Assembly: GCA_964016885.1 (NCBI GenBank)
Contig: OZ024743.1
Coordinates: 244,838,001 to 244,902,000 of the forward strand
Reading direction: 5' to 3'
Length of the DNA stretch: 64,000 bases
Source of the DNA: Eledone cirrhosa
Taxonomy: Eukaryota
Positions 40,494-53,200 of the stretch are shown in pieces (positions within the stretch are counted from its first letter, which is position 1; every line of letters begins with the position of its first letter). The notes beneath the pieces are model-generated. The model ran no database searches. It had not been told where the DNA came from and worked only from the letters and a program-made list of their open reading frames with translations. The position numbers were made by a program, and so were the translations under genes.

Positions 40494-40880
40494 TGGCAGT
40501 ATCGGTAGAGAGTCGGACGCTATGCTTTCCAACATAGTTATGTCTCTTTACGGTCTGAGTTCAAATCCCGCCGAAGTTAACTTTGTCTTTCATCCTTACG
40601 GGGGCGATAAAATAAAGTACCAGTAATGTACTGGGTAATTGCTGGCCTTGTGCCAAAAGTAGAAACAATTATTTTGTCTATTGGTTATTGGCAATATCGG
40701 TAGAGGGTCGAACGCCATACTTTGCAGCATAGAGTTACGGATCTTTACGGTCTGAGTTCGAATCCCACCGAGGTTAACTTTGCCTTTCATCCTTACGGGG
40801 TCGATAAAATAAAGTACCACTAATGCACTAGGATGATTGCTGGCCTTGTGCCAAAAGTAGAAAGAATTATTTTGTCTATA
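40494..40880 (+). mobile_element. Two tandem SINE family A copies
   Basis: 40494-40680 and 40687-40880, each followed by attattttgtctat. Confidence 0.9.
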
Positions 40881-41912
40881 TAATTCTTGTTTTAGAAATG
40901 TACCATCGTAATTTGAAATTTGAAGGAAAGAAAAAGTTTTAGTGTAGGTGCATCTGGTCTCAAACAAAGTTGTATCTCTTATGAGACTTCTCAGTCGGGT
41001 TCCTATAAGGATGATTCTTATAGAAGGCTTCTTTGTTGTGTTAATGATAGAAGCCACCAATCTTATCGTGAAAGGGAACATAAAATGAAGCGTTTTGTTT
41101 AAGAACACTACGCGCAACCCGGTCCAAAAATCAAACCCACGTCCTTATGATAATGATCCCAACAACATAGCCACTATACTATGCGCCTTCGCTTGAAGCT
41201 GAATATTGCAATGAAGTCACTACTTTATTTGAACCTGTTTAGAAATCTGTACAATATATTTAGCGGTAGCACACAGTAGTTTCACGGCATGGTTCTTCTG
41301 ATACTCAATACTCGCTACTTGTAGAACAGTCAAACAATTCCACTTGTCTAAAGACATAGTATCTAACTGAAGAATGATTACTGGTTCCAAACACCAATGT
41401 TGTTCTTATTGTTTTGCCCAGGTCTGTCGCAGGATTTTGGTACTCGGGGGTGGGGTCACTTCGGATCATTTTGCGTGGGCACTCTAATTCGCAGAATTTC
41501 GGTATAAGTATACCAGAGAGTGTACCATTGAAAAGTAGAAGTAGAGGGCAGTGCTATCCTGCGTCTCTCTCCCTGGCGACAAGCTCGGTTTAGTTTCATA
41601 TGCATATATGTATAATTTACTAGCTAAATTTTCACTTTAGGGCTACTTTTCTGCTCAACCCGGTTCATTTGGAAATATTTCGCAATTTTTTTTTTTATAG
41701 AATTTATCTGGTGACCCCGTTTGTCGTTTCTCTTTTACAAAACAGTAGGGTGTGATCTCAGAGAGATTTGCTTCTTCGTTATAACAGCTCCAGCGATTAC
41801 GTAGGGGTTCCTTCGTTGGCCCTTTGTTGTTGTTACCAGTTACCTTTTGATCTATCATCACACTGCTAAAATAAACATCATTGTCTCACATATGTTATTT
41901 TATCTCTTGCAG

Positions 41913-41993
41913 GCAAACAAATCAGGATGTTTGATGAACCCAGCGTTAAATTTTGGTCCAGCGGTGGTAACGGGTGACTGGAGAAGTCAATGG
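41913..41993 (+). CDS. Internal coding exon of an aquaporin (MIP family) gene: loop E / second NPA exon, ANKSGCLMNPALNFGPAVVTGDWRSQW
   Basis: Acceptor ttttatctcttgcag, donor gtaaga, 81 bp, phase 0/0. Aligns without gaps to the 27-aa exon of classical aquaporins (AQP4 [27 protein letters not shown]). Other exons were not found in the window. Confidence 0.85.
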
Positions 41994-42199
41994 GTAAGAA
42001 TCTACGTTATAATAATAGTGATCGTGGTGGTGGTGATAGCGGAGGTGGTGGGGTGATGATTGTGAGAATGATGATGATGGTGATGGTAGTGTTGAGGTGT
42101 TTTTTGTGATGATCGTGGTGGGTGGGGGATCGATGAATCATTTGTAATGGAAAATTACCGAATATATTATAAAATGCCATTTTGCATACTTATTCTTCA

Positions 42200-42359
<160 letters not shown>

Positions 42360-43279
42360 ACACACACTCACACACACATCTATATAGATGTGTGGGCATG
42401 GATGGGGAAAATAACGTTATGACGCTTAAGAAGGTCTGCTTTTCAATAATAATAATTGTTGACAATAGCGGGAATTTGTTTGAAATCAGTGGGCTGGAAT
42501 AACCAGGTGGGGGATGAAAGACGTGGGTGGAGCGAAAGGGGAGAATTGCCAAAAGAGAAAGATATATATATATTGAGAGAGAGAGGGGGGGATTGTAGGG
42601 GGAGTGAGAGAAAGAAGGTGAAACAAATGAAAAGAGAGTTATTTTCTTTGAGAAATGGGGTGGTGAAAGAGAGTAAGAGCAAGAGAGAGAGAGAGAGAGC
42701 GGGCGTCAGGTTGTTTAAACATGAATTGAAGACAGAACGCAATTAATTGTATTGCATAGGAAATAGTACATATACACATGCATACACACACACACATATA
42801 TATATATATTTATATTTATACACACATACACACACAAATATATATGTATGCGTGCTGGTTCCACGGGACGACATTAAACCAAATCCTAAGTCTACTCGAG
42901 ACATTGAGTGTGTCTCTACGTGGCTGCTACTCCTGCTAGAAATAGCAGCCAAATCTTTAACAACCCGTACCCTGTCGTCTTAAGGAATAAAGTATACGTT
43001 GGACAATTTAGCCCTAGGTACACAAGGCCATAGCTGGAACGCCTTTCATCACATGTCTGCTCTATCCGTGCTGATTTAAGACTGGCTAAACAACAGCAAC
43101 AACAAAAGAACAAAGAAAACAAAGGGACATTTTCCTCGGCAAATATAGCCATCTTATCTATTCGTTTGATGAAAAGTAGGCCCAGCTTCGAACATAATAA
43201 ACATTTATGGCCTATAGAAGGGCATTATTCGAAACCTAGGGTAGGGATTATTTGTGTCGAGCAGATATTAATAATATAT

Positions 43280-43803
43280 AACCCCACCAAGGTTTATTGG
43301 TGAGGAGGGTGACTTTGGACATCCTGCAGGACTAAAAACAAAAACCGTCAAAAGGCAAAGGAGCTCTTAAGAGTCAATGGCCATCCAAAATCACCGGGAG
43401 AGATGACCCCTCAGCCTTTGTCAAGGCAGAATTCTAGGAGAAGGAAAACTCTGATATAACACCTGCAACCCTAATGGTACCAATGATGTTGACTTGTTCT
43501 TCTTTTTGGTAAATATCATCTTGGTTAAGAGAGTGGGACTGGCTTTGTGCAGTGCCTTTGCTCACTATAAAAGCTTCACGGCACAGGCATTGCTTTATAT
43601 CTGGAGATCTCTCTGCACTTGTCGTCACATGGTACCATGGGCCCAGCACTATGTGTCAATAATTGTCACAAGTGTAGTGTTTGTACCAGAGTTTTCAAGT
43701 CGCTGGCTTGACTAAAAAGTCACACTCGTTCAGCGCATCGGTAGGAGTTCTCCTACATGGATATAAAGTAGTGGCCGTACTCGAAAACGAGTTGGCAGCC
43801 ACT
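43280..43803 (+). mobile_element. Internally deleted RTE-like element (5'UTR plus C-terminal C2H2 finger and 3' end)
   Basis: ctaggagaaggaaaactctgatataac 5'UTR motif; 43661-43744 translates as CSVCTRVFKSLA*LKSHTRSAH; ends gagttggcagccacta(TA)n. Confidence 0.7.
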
Positions 43804-43965
43804 ATATATATATATAATCAGGAGTTGACGAACCCAGCATATTTATCAATGCCAAGACCGTTGTATCTCAGCGTACTCAATAGGCAATGTAGGATACATT
43901 CCCAGAGTATACACATAGTTATTCGCTTCAATACAACACACGTAAAACAGGTGCCTATAATAGTT

Positions 43966-44047
43966 CCCGGACTCGAGTTTCGGCCACACTTAATACAACA
44001 GCTAGGTGCAACAATGCATAATCGGCGTATGCAGCTTCATCAGCGGG
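43966..44047 (-). ncRNA. Type I hammerhead ribozyme
   Basis: Reverse strand reads cccg-CTGATGA-agctgca...tgtggcc-GAAAC-TCGA-GTC-cggg; palindromic stem III, GUC cleavage triplet. Confidence 0.85.
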
Positions 44048-44611
44048 TATCGCCTAATCAATAACCAATCGATCGACAGAATCCAAACCCTAGCCCATGC
44101 CGGTCATGACTGTTTGTAACAACCGACACAGTAAAGTGATTAGCAACTGGAATCTGATACAACTCTGTCCCTCGACCAGCCACCGATTTACAAACTTTAC
44201 ACGGTGGCGGGAGAATAGGAAACCAATCTTTTCTTTCCCGTCAAAACCTCTCAGTCAACGTGTCTCACACACAAATTAATAAGAAGTGAAAAGATGGTTA
44301 TTAGAAATAGCAGTCCCACATCGATGTATAATAGAATGGTAGCATTCAGCTCATGTCTCCAAGTCCCAGTGTTTTGATAATTCGCCTAGTGTCTGCATTA
44401 TTCTATGTATTTAAATTCCAATTTCGCAATAACCAATCAACTATTGACGATAGTGATTTCAAGAGATAATTAATGGCACATTAAGCGATGAAACATGTTA
44501 ATGCTTAGAATGAAACCCTATTATATCGCTTATTCGTCTTAATAATCCTTTATCTGTTATGCTCCCCCTGGTATTTTACCACACCCTTTCTGATATATAT
44601 ATATATATATA

Positions 44612-44700
44612 TTTTCCTATTACCCACTCTACTACCCTAAGTATTGAGTACTCTGGTGCGTTATGGTCCATCTGGTTCCTTATCACAACTCCTTCGTTAT
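44612..44700 (+). mobile_element. 3' tail of a family C pLTR-like element inside (TA)n
   Basis: Matches 7255-7340 and 10800-10885. Confidence 0.8.
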
Positions 44701-44702
44701 AT

Positions 44703-44798
<96 letters not shown>

Positions 44799-45276
44799 TG
44801 AAAGAGAGAGAGAGAGAGAAAGGTGAGGGAGAGGTAAGCGATAGAGAGATTATAGATTCGTTGTGGTAATTTAGCTAGTGAGATAATGAAACACATGTAC
44901 ACACACACCATAAACAAAAGTGGTGAAATTTGGTAAAAAAAGAAAATCATAGATGGCACTCCAGCATAGTCAGATGGTGGTAAATGCTTAATGATATGGC
45001 CAGATAGTGGTGGCTATTTAGTAATATGCTGTAACATGGCCAGATAGTGGTAGATATTTAGTGTAATGCTGCTGACCTGCCAACTTCTAAAAATCCAAAC
45101 GGGGAGTACTATGAAAAAAAAAATGCCCCAAAATGGGGAGATTTTACATAATTGTTTCTACTTTCGCGATACTCATTTTCACAAGAGAAGACAACTCTCA
45201 CCCACCACAAAGTGGGTGGGAGATCTCCTCGTCGGACGAGGAGAGTTGACAGGTCTGTATGCTGTAATATGATTTC

Positions 45277-45483
45277 TAGTATAGGCACAAGGCCAGTAAT
45301 TTTTTGGGGGGAAGTCGATTAAATCGACCCCAGTACGTTACTGGTGCTATATTTTATCTACCCCGTAAGGATGAAAGGCAAAGTTAACCTCGGCAGGATT
45401 TGAACTCAGACCGTAAAGGAATGTAACTCTATGCTGCAAAGCATGGTGTCCGACTCTCTACCGATACTGTCAATCCACCGCCC
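45277..45483 (-). mobile_element. SINE family A with a ~16-bp TSD
   Basis: tgt(a/g)tgctgtaatatg at 45256-45271 and 45485-45500. Confidence 0.92.
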
Positions 45484-45592
45484 TTGTGTGCTGTAATATG
45501 GCCAGTTAATGGTATGGATTTAGCAATATTCTGCACGTTAATCTCAGGAGCAAGCTGTTCTGTTGATTAAACAACTGGATCGCTCTCCGTCG

Positions 45593-46862
45593 ACACCACT
45601 GGAAGACCAACAACACTGGAAGACCAACAACACTGGAAGACCAACACCACTGGAAGGCCAACAACACTGGAAGACCAACAACACTGGAAGACCAACAACA
45701 CTGGAAGACCAACAACACTGGGAGACCAACAACACTGGAAGACCAACACCACTGGAAGACCAACAACACTGGAAGACCAACAACACTGGGAGACCAACAA
45801 CACTGGAAGACCAACACCACTGGAAGACCAACACCACTGGAAGACCAACAACACTGGAAGACCAACACCACTGGAAGACCAACAACACTGGAAGACCAAC
45901 ACCACTGGAAGACCAACACCACTGGAAGACCAACAACACTGGAAGACCAACACCACTGGAAGACCAACAACACTGGAAGACCAACACCACTGGAAGACCA
46001 ACAACACTGGAAGACCAACACCACTGGAAGACCAACACCACTGGAAGACCAACAACACTGGAAGACCAACACCACTGGAAGACCAACAACACTGGAAGAC
46101 CAACACCACTGGAAGACCAACACCACTGGAAGACCAACACCACTGGAAGACCAACACCACTGGAAGACCAACAACACTGGAAGACCAACACCACTGGAAG
46201 ACCAACACCACTGGAAGACCAACACCACTGGAAGACCAACAACACTGGGAGACCAACAACACTGGAAGACCAACACCACTGGAAGACCAACACCACTGGA
46301 AGACCAACAACACTGGAAGACCAACAACACTGGAAGACCAACACCACTGGAAGACCAACACCACTGGAAGACCAACAACACTGGAAGACCAACAACACTG
46401 GAAGACCAACACCACTGGAAGACCAACACCACTGGAAGACCAACAACACTGGGAGACCAACAACACTGGAAGACCAACACCACTGGAAGACCAACACCAC
46501 TGGAAGACCAACAACACTGGAAGACCAACACCACTGGAAGACCAACAACACTGGAAGACCAACACCACTGGAAGACCAACACCACTGGAAGACCAACAAC
46601 ACTGGAAGACCAACACCACTGGAAGACCAACACCACTGGAAGACCAACAACACTGGAAGACCAACACCACTGGAAGACCAACACCACTGGAAGACCAACA
46701 ACACTGGAAGACCAACAACACTGGAAGACCAACACCACTGGAAGACCAACACCACTGGAAGACCAACAACACTGGAAGACCAACAACACTGGAAGACCAA
46801 CACCACTGGAAGACCAACACCACTGGAAGACCAACAACACTGGAAGACCAACAACACTGGGG
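45593..46862. repeat. 17-bp minisatellite (cactggaagaccaaca[a/c])n, ~74 copies
   Basis: Direct reading; a two-state a/c variant position and rare g variants. Confidence 0.97.
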
Positions 46863-47229
46863 AATTGGTGACAACTAATTAGGGTTTCACTGAGGATTTT
46901 TGTTTTTTGATGGTTTTTCTTTATTGGGGGGGGGGGGGGGGGGGGGGGGTCGAATGCAAAATATCGAAACTATGACACAGGTAACAGCTCAGCAGCAACA
47001 ATTTCAGTAACAGCAACCTGTGTTGTTATTAATGCTGCTGCTACTGCTGCAGAAGATAATGATGCTGTGGGTGATGCTGTTGTTTATCTCTGAAATGCTG
47101 CTGCCATGACAACGTTCCCCGCTTAACCAGCAATTTTTGGCATTGTTGAAATTCTTGGTGGCTTTTGAGTACAGTGGAGTGGCGGAGGAGGGGATGAGAA
47201 ATTAATGGAAGGCGGGAGTTTGTAATGGT

Positions 47230-50200
47230 TGTGGTGTGGTGTGGTGTGGTGTGGTGTGGTGCGGTGCGGTGGTAGTAGCAGCGTGTTGTTATAGTTGTTG
47301 TTGGTGTAGTGGTGGTGGTGTGGTGTGGTAGTGGTGGTGGTAGTAGCGGCGTGTTGTTATAGTTGTTGTTGGTGTAGTGGTGGTGGTGTGGTGTGGTAGT
47401 GGTGGTGGTAGTAGCGGCGTGTTGTTATAGTTGTTGTTGGTGTAGTAGTGGTGGTGTGGTGTGGTAGTGGCGGTGGTAGTAGCGGCGTGTTGTTATAGTT
47501 GTTGTTGGTGTAGTGGTGGTGGTGTGGTGTGGTAGTGGTGGTGGTAGTAGCGGCGTGTTGTTATAGTTGTTGTTGGTGTAGTGGTGGTGGTGTGGTGTGG
47601 TAGTGGCGGTGGTAGTAGCAGCGTGTTGTTATAGTTGTTGTTGGTGTAGTGGTGGTGGTGGTGTGGTGTGGTAGTGGTGGTGGTAGTAGCGGCGTGTTGT
47701 TATAGTTGTTGTTGGTGTAGTAGTGGTGGTGTGGTGTGGTAGTGGTGGCGGTAGTAGCGGCGTGTTGTTATAGTTGTTGTTGGTGTAGTGGTGGTGGTGT
47801 GGTGTGGTAGTGGCGGTGGTAGTAGCAGCGTGTTGTTATAGTTGTTGTTGGTGTAGTAGTGGTGGTGGTGTGGTGTGGTAGTGGTGGTGGTAGTAGCGGC
47901 GTGTTGTTATAGTTGTTGTTGGTGTAGTAGTGGTGGTGGTGTGGTGTGGTAGTGGTGGCGGTAGTAGCGGCGTGTTGTTATAGTTGTTGTTGGTGTAGTA
48001 GTGGTGGTGTGGTGTGGTAGTGGTGGTGGTAGTAGCGGCGTGTTGTTATAGTTGTTGTTGGTGTAGTGGTGGTGGTGTGGTGTGGTAGTGGTGGTGGTAG
48101 TAGCAGCGTGTTGTTATAGTTGTTGTTGGTGTAGTGGTAGGGTGGTGTGGTGTGGTAGTGGTGGTGGTAGTAGCAGCGTGTTGTTATAGTTGTTGTTGGT
48201 GTAGTGGTGGTGGTGGTGTGGTGTGGTGTGGTAGTAGCGGCGTGTTGTTATAGTTGTTGTTGGTGTAGTGGTGGTGGTGGTGTGGTGTGGTAGTGGCGGT
48301 AGTAGCAGCGTGTTGTTATAGTTGTTGTTGGTGTAGTGGTGGTGGTGTGGTGTGGTAGTGGTGGTGGTAGTAGCGGCGTGTTGTTATAGTTGTTGTTGGT
48401 GTAGTGGTGGTGGTGTGGTGTGGTAGTGGCGGTGGTAGTAGCGGCGTGTTGTTATAGTTGTTGTTGGTGTAGTGGTGGTGGTGTGGTGTGGTAGTGGCGG
48501 TGGTAGTAGCGGCGTGTTGTTATAGTTGTTGTTGGTGTAGTGGTGGTGGTGTGGTGTGGTAGTGGTGGTGGTAGTAGCGGCGTGTTGTTATAGTTGTTGT
48601 TGGTGTAGTGGTGGTGGTGTGGTGTGGTAGTGGCGGTGGTAGTAGCGGCGTGTTGTTATAGTTGTTGTTGGTGTAGTGGTGGTGGTGTGGTGTGGTAGTG
48701 GCGGTGGTAGTAGCGGCGTGTTGTTATAGTTGTTGTTGGTGTAGTAGTGGTGGTGTGGTGTGGTAGTGGTGGCGGTAGTAGCGGCGTGTTGTTATAGTTG
48801 TTGTTGGTGTAGTAGTGGTGGTGTGGTGTGGTAGTGGCGGTGGTAGTAGCGGCGTGTTGTTATAGTTGTTGTTGGTGTAGTGGTGGTGGTGTGGTGTGGT
48901 AGTGGCGGTGGTAGTAGCGGCGTGTTGTTATAGTTGTTGTTGGTGTAGTAGTGGTGGTGTGGTGTGGTAGTGGTGGCGGTAGTAGCGGCGTGTTGTTATA
49001 GTTGTTGTTGGTGTAGTAGTGGTGGTGTGGTGTGGTAGTGGCGGTGGTAGTAGCGGCGTGTTGTTATAGTTGTTGTTGGTGTAGTGGTGGTGGTGTGGTG
49101 TGGTAGTGGTGGTGGTAGTAGCGGCGTGTTGTTATAGTTGTTGTTGGTGTAGTAGTGGTGGTGTGGTGTGGTGTGGTAGTGGCGGTGGTAGTAGCGGCGT
49201 GTTGTTATAGTTGTTGTTGGTGTAGTGGTGGTGGTGTGGTGTGGTAGTGGCGGTGGTAGTAGCGGCGTGTTGTTATAGTTGTTGTTGGTGTAGTGGTGGT
49301 GGTGGTGTGGTGTGGTAGTGGCGGTGGTAGTAGCAGCGTGTTGTTATAGTTGTTGTTGGTGTAGTGGTGGTGGTGTGGTGTGGTAGTGGCGGTGGTAGTA
49401 GCGGCGTGTTGTTATAGTTGTTGTTGGTGTAGTGGTGGTGGTGTGGTGTGGTAGTGGCGGTGGTAGTAGCAGCGTGTTGTTATAGTTGTTGTTGGTGTAG
49501 TAGTGGTGGTGTGGTGTGGTAGTGGCGGTGGTAGTAGCGGCGTGTTGTTATAGTTGTTGTTGGTGTAGTAGTGGTGGTGTGGTGTGGTGTGGTAGTGGCG
49601 GTGGTAGTAGCGGCGTGTTGTTATAGTTGTTGTTGGTGTAGTAGTGGTGTGGTGTAGTAGTGGTGGTGTGGTGTGGTAGTGGCGGTGGTAGTAGCGGCGT
49701 GTTGTTATAGTTGTTGTTGGTGTAGTAGTGGTGGTGGTGTAGTAGTGGTGGTGTGGTGTGGTAGTGGCGGTGGTAGTAGCGGCGTGTTGTTATAGTTGTT
49801 GTTGGTGTAGTAGTGGTGGTGTGGTGTGGTGTGGTAGTGGCGGTGGTAGTAGCGGCGTGTTGTTATAGTTGTTGTTGGTGTAGTAGTGGTGGTGTGGTGT
49901 AGTAGTGGTGGTGTGGTGTGGTAGTGGTGTGTGGTGTAGTGGTGGTGGTGTGGTGTGGTAGTGGCGGTGGTAGTAGCGGCGTGTTGTTATAGTTGTTGTT
50001 GGTGTAGTAGTGGTGGTGTGGTGTGGTAGTGGCGGTGGTAGTAGCGGCGTGTTGTTATAGTTGTTGTTGGTGTAGTGGTGGTGGTGGTGTGATGTGGTAG
50101 TGGTGGTGGTAGTAGCAGCGTGTTGTTATAGTTGTTGTTGGTGTAGTAGTGGTGGTGTGGTGTGGTAGTGGCGGTGGTAGTAGCGGCGTGTTGTTATAGT

Positions 50201-53200
50201 TGTTGTTGGTGTAGTAGTGGTGGTGTGGTGTAGTAGTGGTGGTGTGGTGTGGTGTGGTGTGGTAGTAGCGGCGTGTTGTTATAGTTGTTGTTGGTGTAGT
50301 GGTGGTGGTGTGGTGTGGTAGTGGCGGTGGTAGTAGCGGCGTGTTGTTATAGTTGTTGTTGGTGTAGTAGTGGTGGTGTGGTGTGGTGTGGTGGTGGTAG
50401 TAGCGGCGTGTTGTTATAGTTGTTGTTGGTGTAGTGGTGGTGGTGTGGGTGTGGTAGTGGCGGTGGTAGTAGCGGCGTGTTGTTATAGTTGTTGTTGGTG
50501 TAGTAGTGGTGGTGTGGTGTGGTAGTGGGCGGTGGTAGTAGCGGCGTGTTGTTATAGTTGTTGTTGGTGTAGTGGTGGTGGTGTGGTGTGGTAGTGGTGG
50601 TGGTAGTAGCGGCGTGTTGTTATAGTTGTTGTTGGTGTAGTAGTGGTGGTGTGGTGTGGTAGTGGTGGTGTGGTGTGGTAGTGGCGGTGGTAGTAGCGGC
50701 GTGTTGTTATAGTTGTTGTTGGTGTAGTAGTGGTGGTGTGGTGTGGTAGTGGCGGTGGTAGTAGCGGCGTGTTGTTATAGTTGTTGTTGGTGTAGTAGTG
50801 GTGGTGTGGTGTGGTAGTGGCGGTGGTAGTAGCGGCGTGTTGTTATAGTTGTTGTTGGTGTAGTAGTGGTGGTGTGGTGTGGTGTGGTGTGGTAGTAGCG
50901 GCGTGTTGTTATAGTTGTTGTTGGTGTAGTAGTGGTGGTGTGGTGTGGTAGTGGCGGTGGTAGTAGCGGCGTGTTGTTATAGTTGTTGTTGGTGTAGTAG
51001 TGGTGGTGTGGTGTAGTAGTGGTGGTGTGGTGTGGTAGTGGCGGTGGTAGTAGCGGCGTGTTGTTATAGTTGTTGTTGGTGTAGTGGTGGTGGTGTGGTG
51101 TGGTAGTGGTGGTGGTAGTAGCGGCGTGTTGTTATAGTTGTTGTTGGTGTAGTAGTGGTGGTGTGGTGTGGTAGTGGCGGTGGTAGTAGCGGCGTGTTGT
51201 TATAGTTGTTGTTGGTGTAGTGGTGGTGGTGTGGTGTGGTAGTGGTGGTGGTAGTAGCGGCGTGTTGTTATAGTTGTTGTTGGTGTAGTGGTGGTGGTGT
51301 GGTGTGGTAGTGGCGGTGGTAGTAGCGGCGTGTTGTTATAGTTGTTGTTGGTGTAGTGGTGGTGGTGTGGTGTGGTAGTGGTGGTGGTAGTAGCGGCGTG
51401 TTGTTATAGTTGTTGTTGGTGTAGTGGTGGTGGTGTGGTGTGGTAGTGGCGGTGGTAGTAGCGGCGTGTTGTTATAGTTGTTGTTGGTGTAGTGGTGGTG
51501 GTGTGGTGTGGTAGTGGCGGTGGTAGTAGCGGCGTGTTGTTATAGTTGTTGTTGGTGTAGTAGTGGTGGTGTGGTGTGGTAGTGGCGGTGGTAGTAGCGG
51601 CGTGTTGTTATAGTTGTTGTTGGTGTAGTGGTGGTGGTGTGGTGTGGTAGTGGCGGTGGTAGTAGCGGCGTGTTGTTATAGTTGTTGTTGGTGTAGTGGT
51701 GGTGGTGTGGTGTGGTAGTGGCGGTGGTAGTAGCGGCGTGTTGTTATAGTTGTTGTTGGTGTAGTAGTGGTGGTGTGGTGTAGTAGTGGTGGTGTGGTGT
51801 GGTAGTGGCGGTGGTAGTAGCGGCGTGTTGTTATAGTTGTTGTTGGTGTAGTAGTGGTGGTGTGGTGTGGTAGTGGTGGTGGTAGTAGCGGCGTGTTGTT
51901 ATAGTTGTTGTTGGTGTAGTAGTGGTGGTGTGGTGTAGTAGTGGTGGTGTGGTGTGGTAGTGGCGGTGGTAGTAGCGGCGTGTTGTTATAGTTGTTGTTG
52001 GTGTAGTAGTGGTGGTGTGGTGTGGTAGTGGTGGTGGTAGTAGCGGCGTGTTGTTATAGTTGTTGTTGGTGTAGTAGTGGTGGTGGTGTGGTGTGGTAGT
52101 GGCGGTGGTAGTAGCGGCGTGTTGTTATAGTTGTTGTTGGTCTAGTAGTGGTGGTGTGGTGTAGTAGTGGTGGTGTGGTGTGGTAGTGGCGGTGGTAGTA
52201 GCGGCGTGTTGTTATAGTTGTTGTTGGTGTAGTAGTGGTGGTGTGGTGTGGTAGTGGCGGTGGTAGTAGCGGCGTGTTGTTATAGTTGTTGTTGGTGTAG
52301 TAGTGGTGGTGTGGTGTAGTAGTGGTGGTGTGGTGTGGTAGTGGCGGTGGTAGTAGCGGCGTGTTGTTATAGTTGTTGTTGGTGTAGTAGTGGTGGTGTG
52401 GTGTGGTAGTGGTGGTGGTAGTAGCGGCGTGTTGTTATAGTTGTTGGTGGTGGTAGTAGCGGCGTGTTGTTATAGTTGTTGTTGGTGTAGTAGTGGTGGT
52501 GTGGTGTAGTAGTGGTGGTGTGGTGTGGTAGTGGCGGTGGTAGTAGCGGCGTGTTGTTATAGTTGTTGTTGGTGTAGTAGTGGTGGTGTGGTGTGGTAGT
52601 GGTGGTGGTAGTAGCGGCGTGTTGTTATAGTTGTTGTTGGTGTAGTAGTGGTGGTGTGGTGTAGTAGTGGTGGTGTGGTGTGGTAGTGGCGGTGGTAGTA
52701 GCGGCGTGTTGTTATAGTTGTTGTTGGTGTAGTGGTGGTGGTGTGGTGTAGTAGTGGTGGTGTGGTGTGGTGGTGGTAGTAGCGGCGTGTTGTTATAGTT
52801 GTTGTTGGTGTAGTGGTGGTGGTGTGGTGTGGTAGTGGTGGTGGTAGTAGTGGCGTGTTGTTATAGTTGTTGTTGGTGTAGTAGTGGTGGTGTGGTGTGG
52901 TAGTGGCGGTGGTAGTAGCGGCGTGTTGTTATAGTTGTTGTTGGTGTAGTAGTGGTGGTGTGGTGTGGTAGTGGCGGTGGTAGTAGCGGCGTGTTGTTAT
53001 AGTTGTTGTTGGTGTAGTAGTGGTGGTGTGGTGTAGTAGTGGTGGTGTGGTGTGGTAGTGGCGGTGGTAGTAGCAGCGTGTTGTTATAGTTGTTGTTGGT
53101 GTAGTAGTGGTGGTGTGGTGTAGTAGTGGTGGTGTGGTGTGGTAGTGGCGGTGGTAGTAGCGGCGTGTTGTTATAGTTGTTGTTGGTCTAGTAGTGGTGG

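Noticed and set aside
41701-41860. IYLVTPFVV after a good acceptor, resembling AQP4 loop C
   Set aside because: An in-frame stop follows after 17 codons; probably a chance match.
44440-44505. Possible hammerhead (ttgacga...gaaacatgtt)
   Set aside because: The core is mutated and stems I and II do not pair convincingly.
45506-46882. Four ~440-aa ORFs on both strands
   Set aside because: They are translations of a stop-free 17-bp tandem repeat, with no unique domain or splice context.
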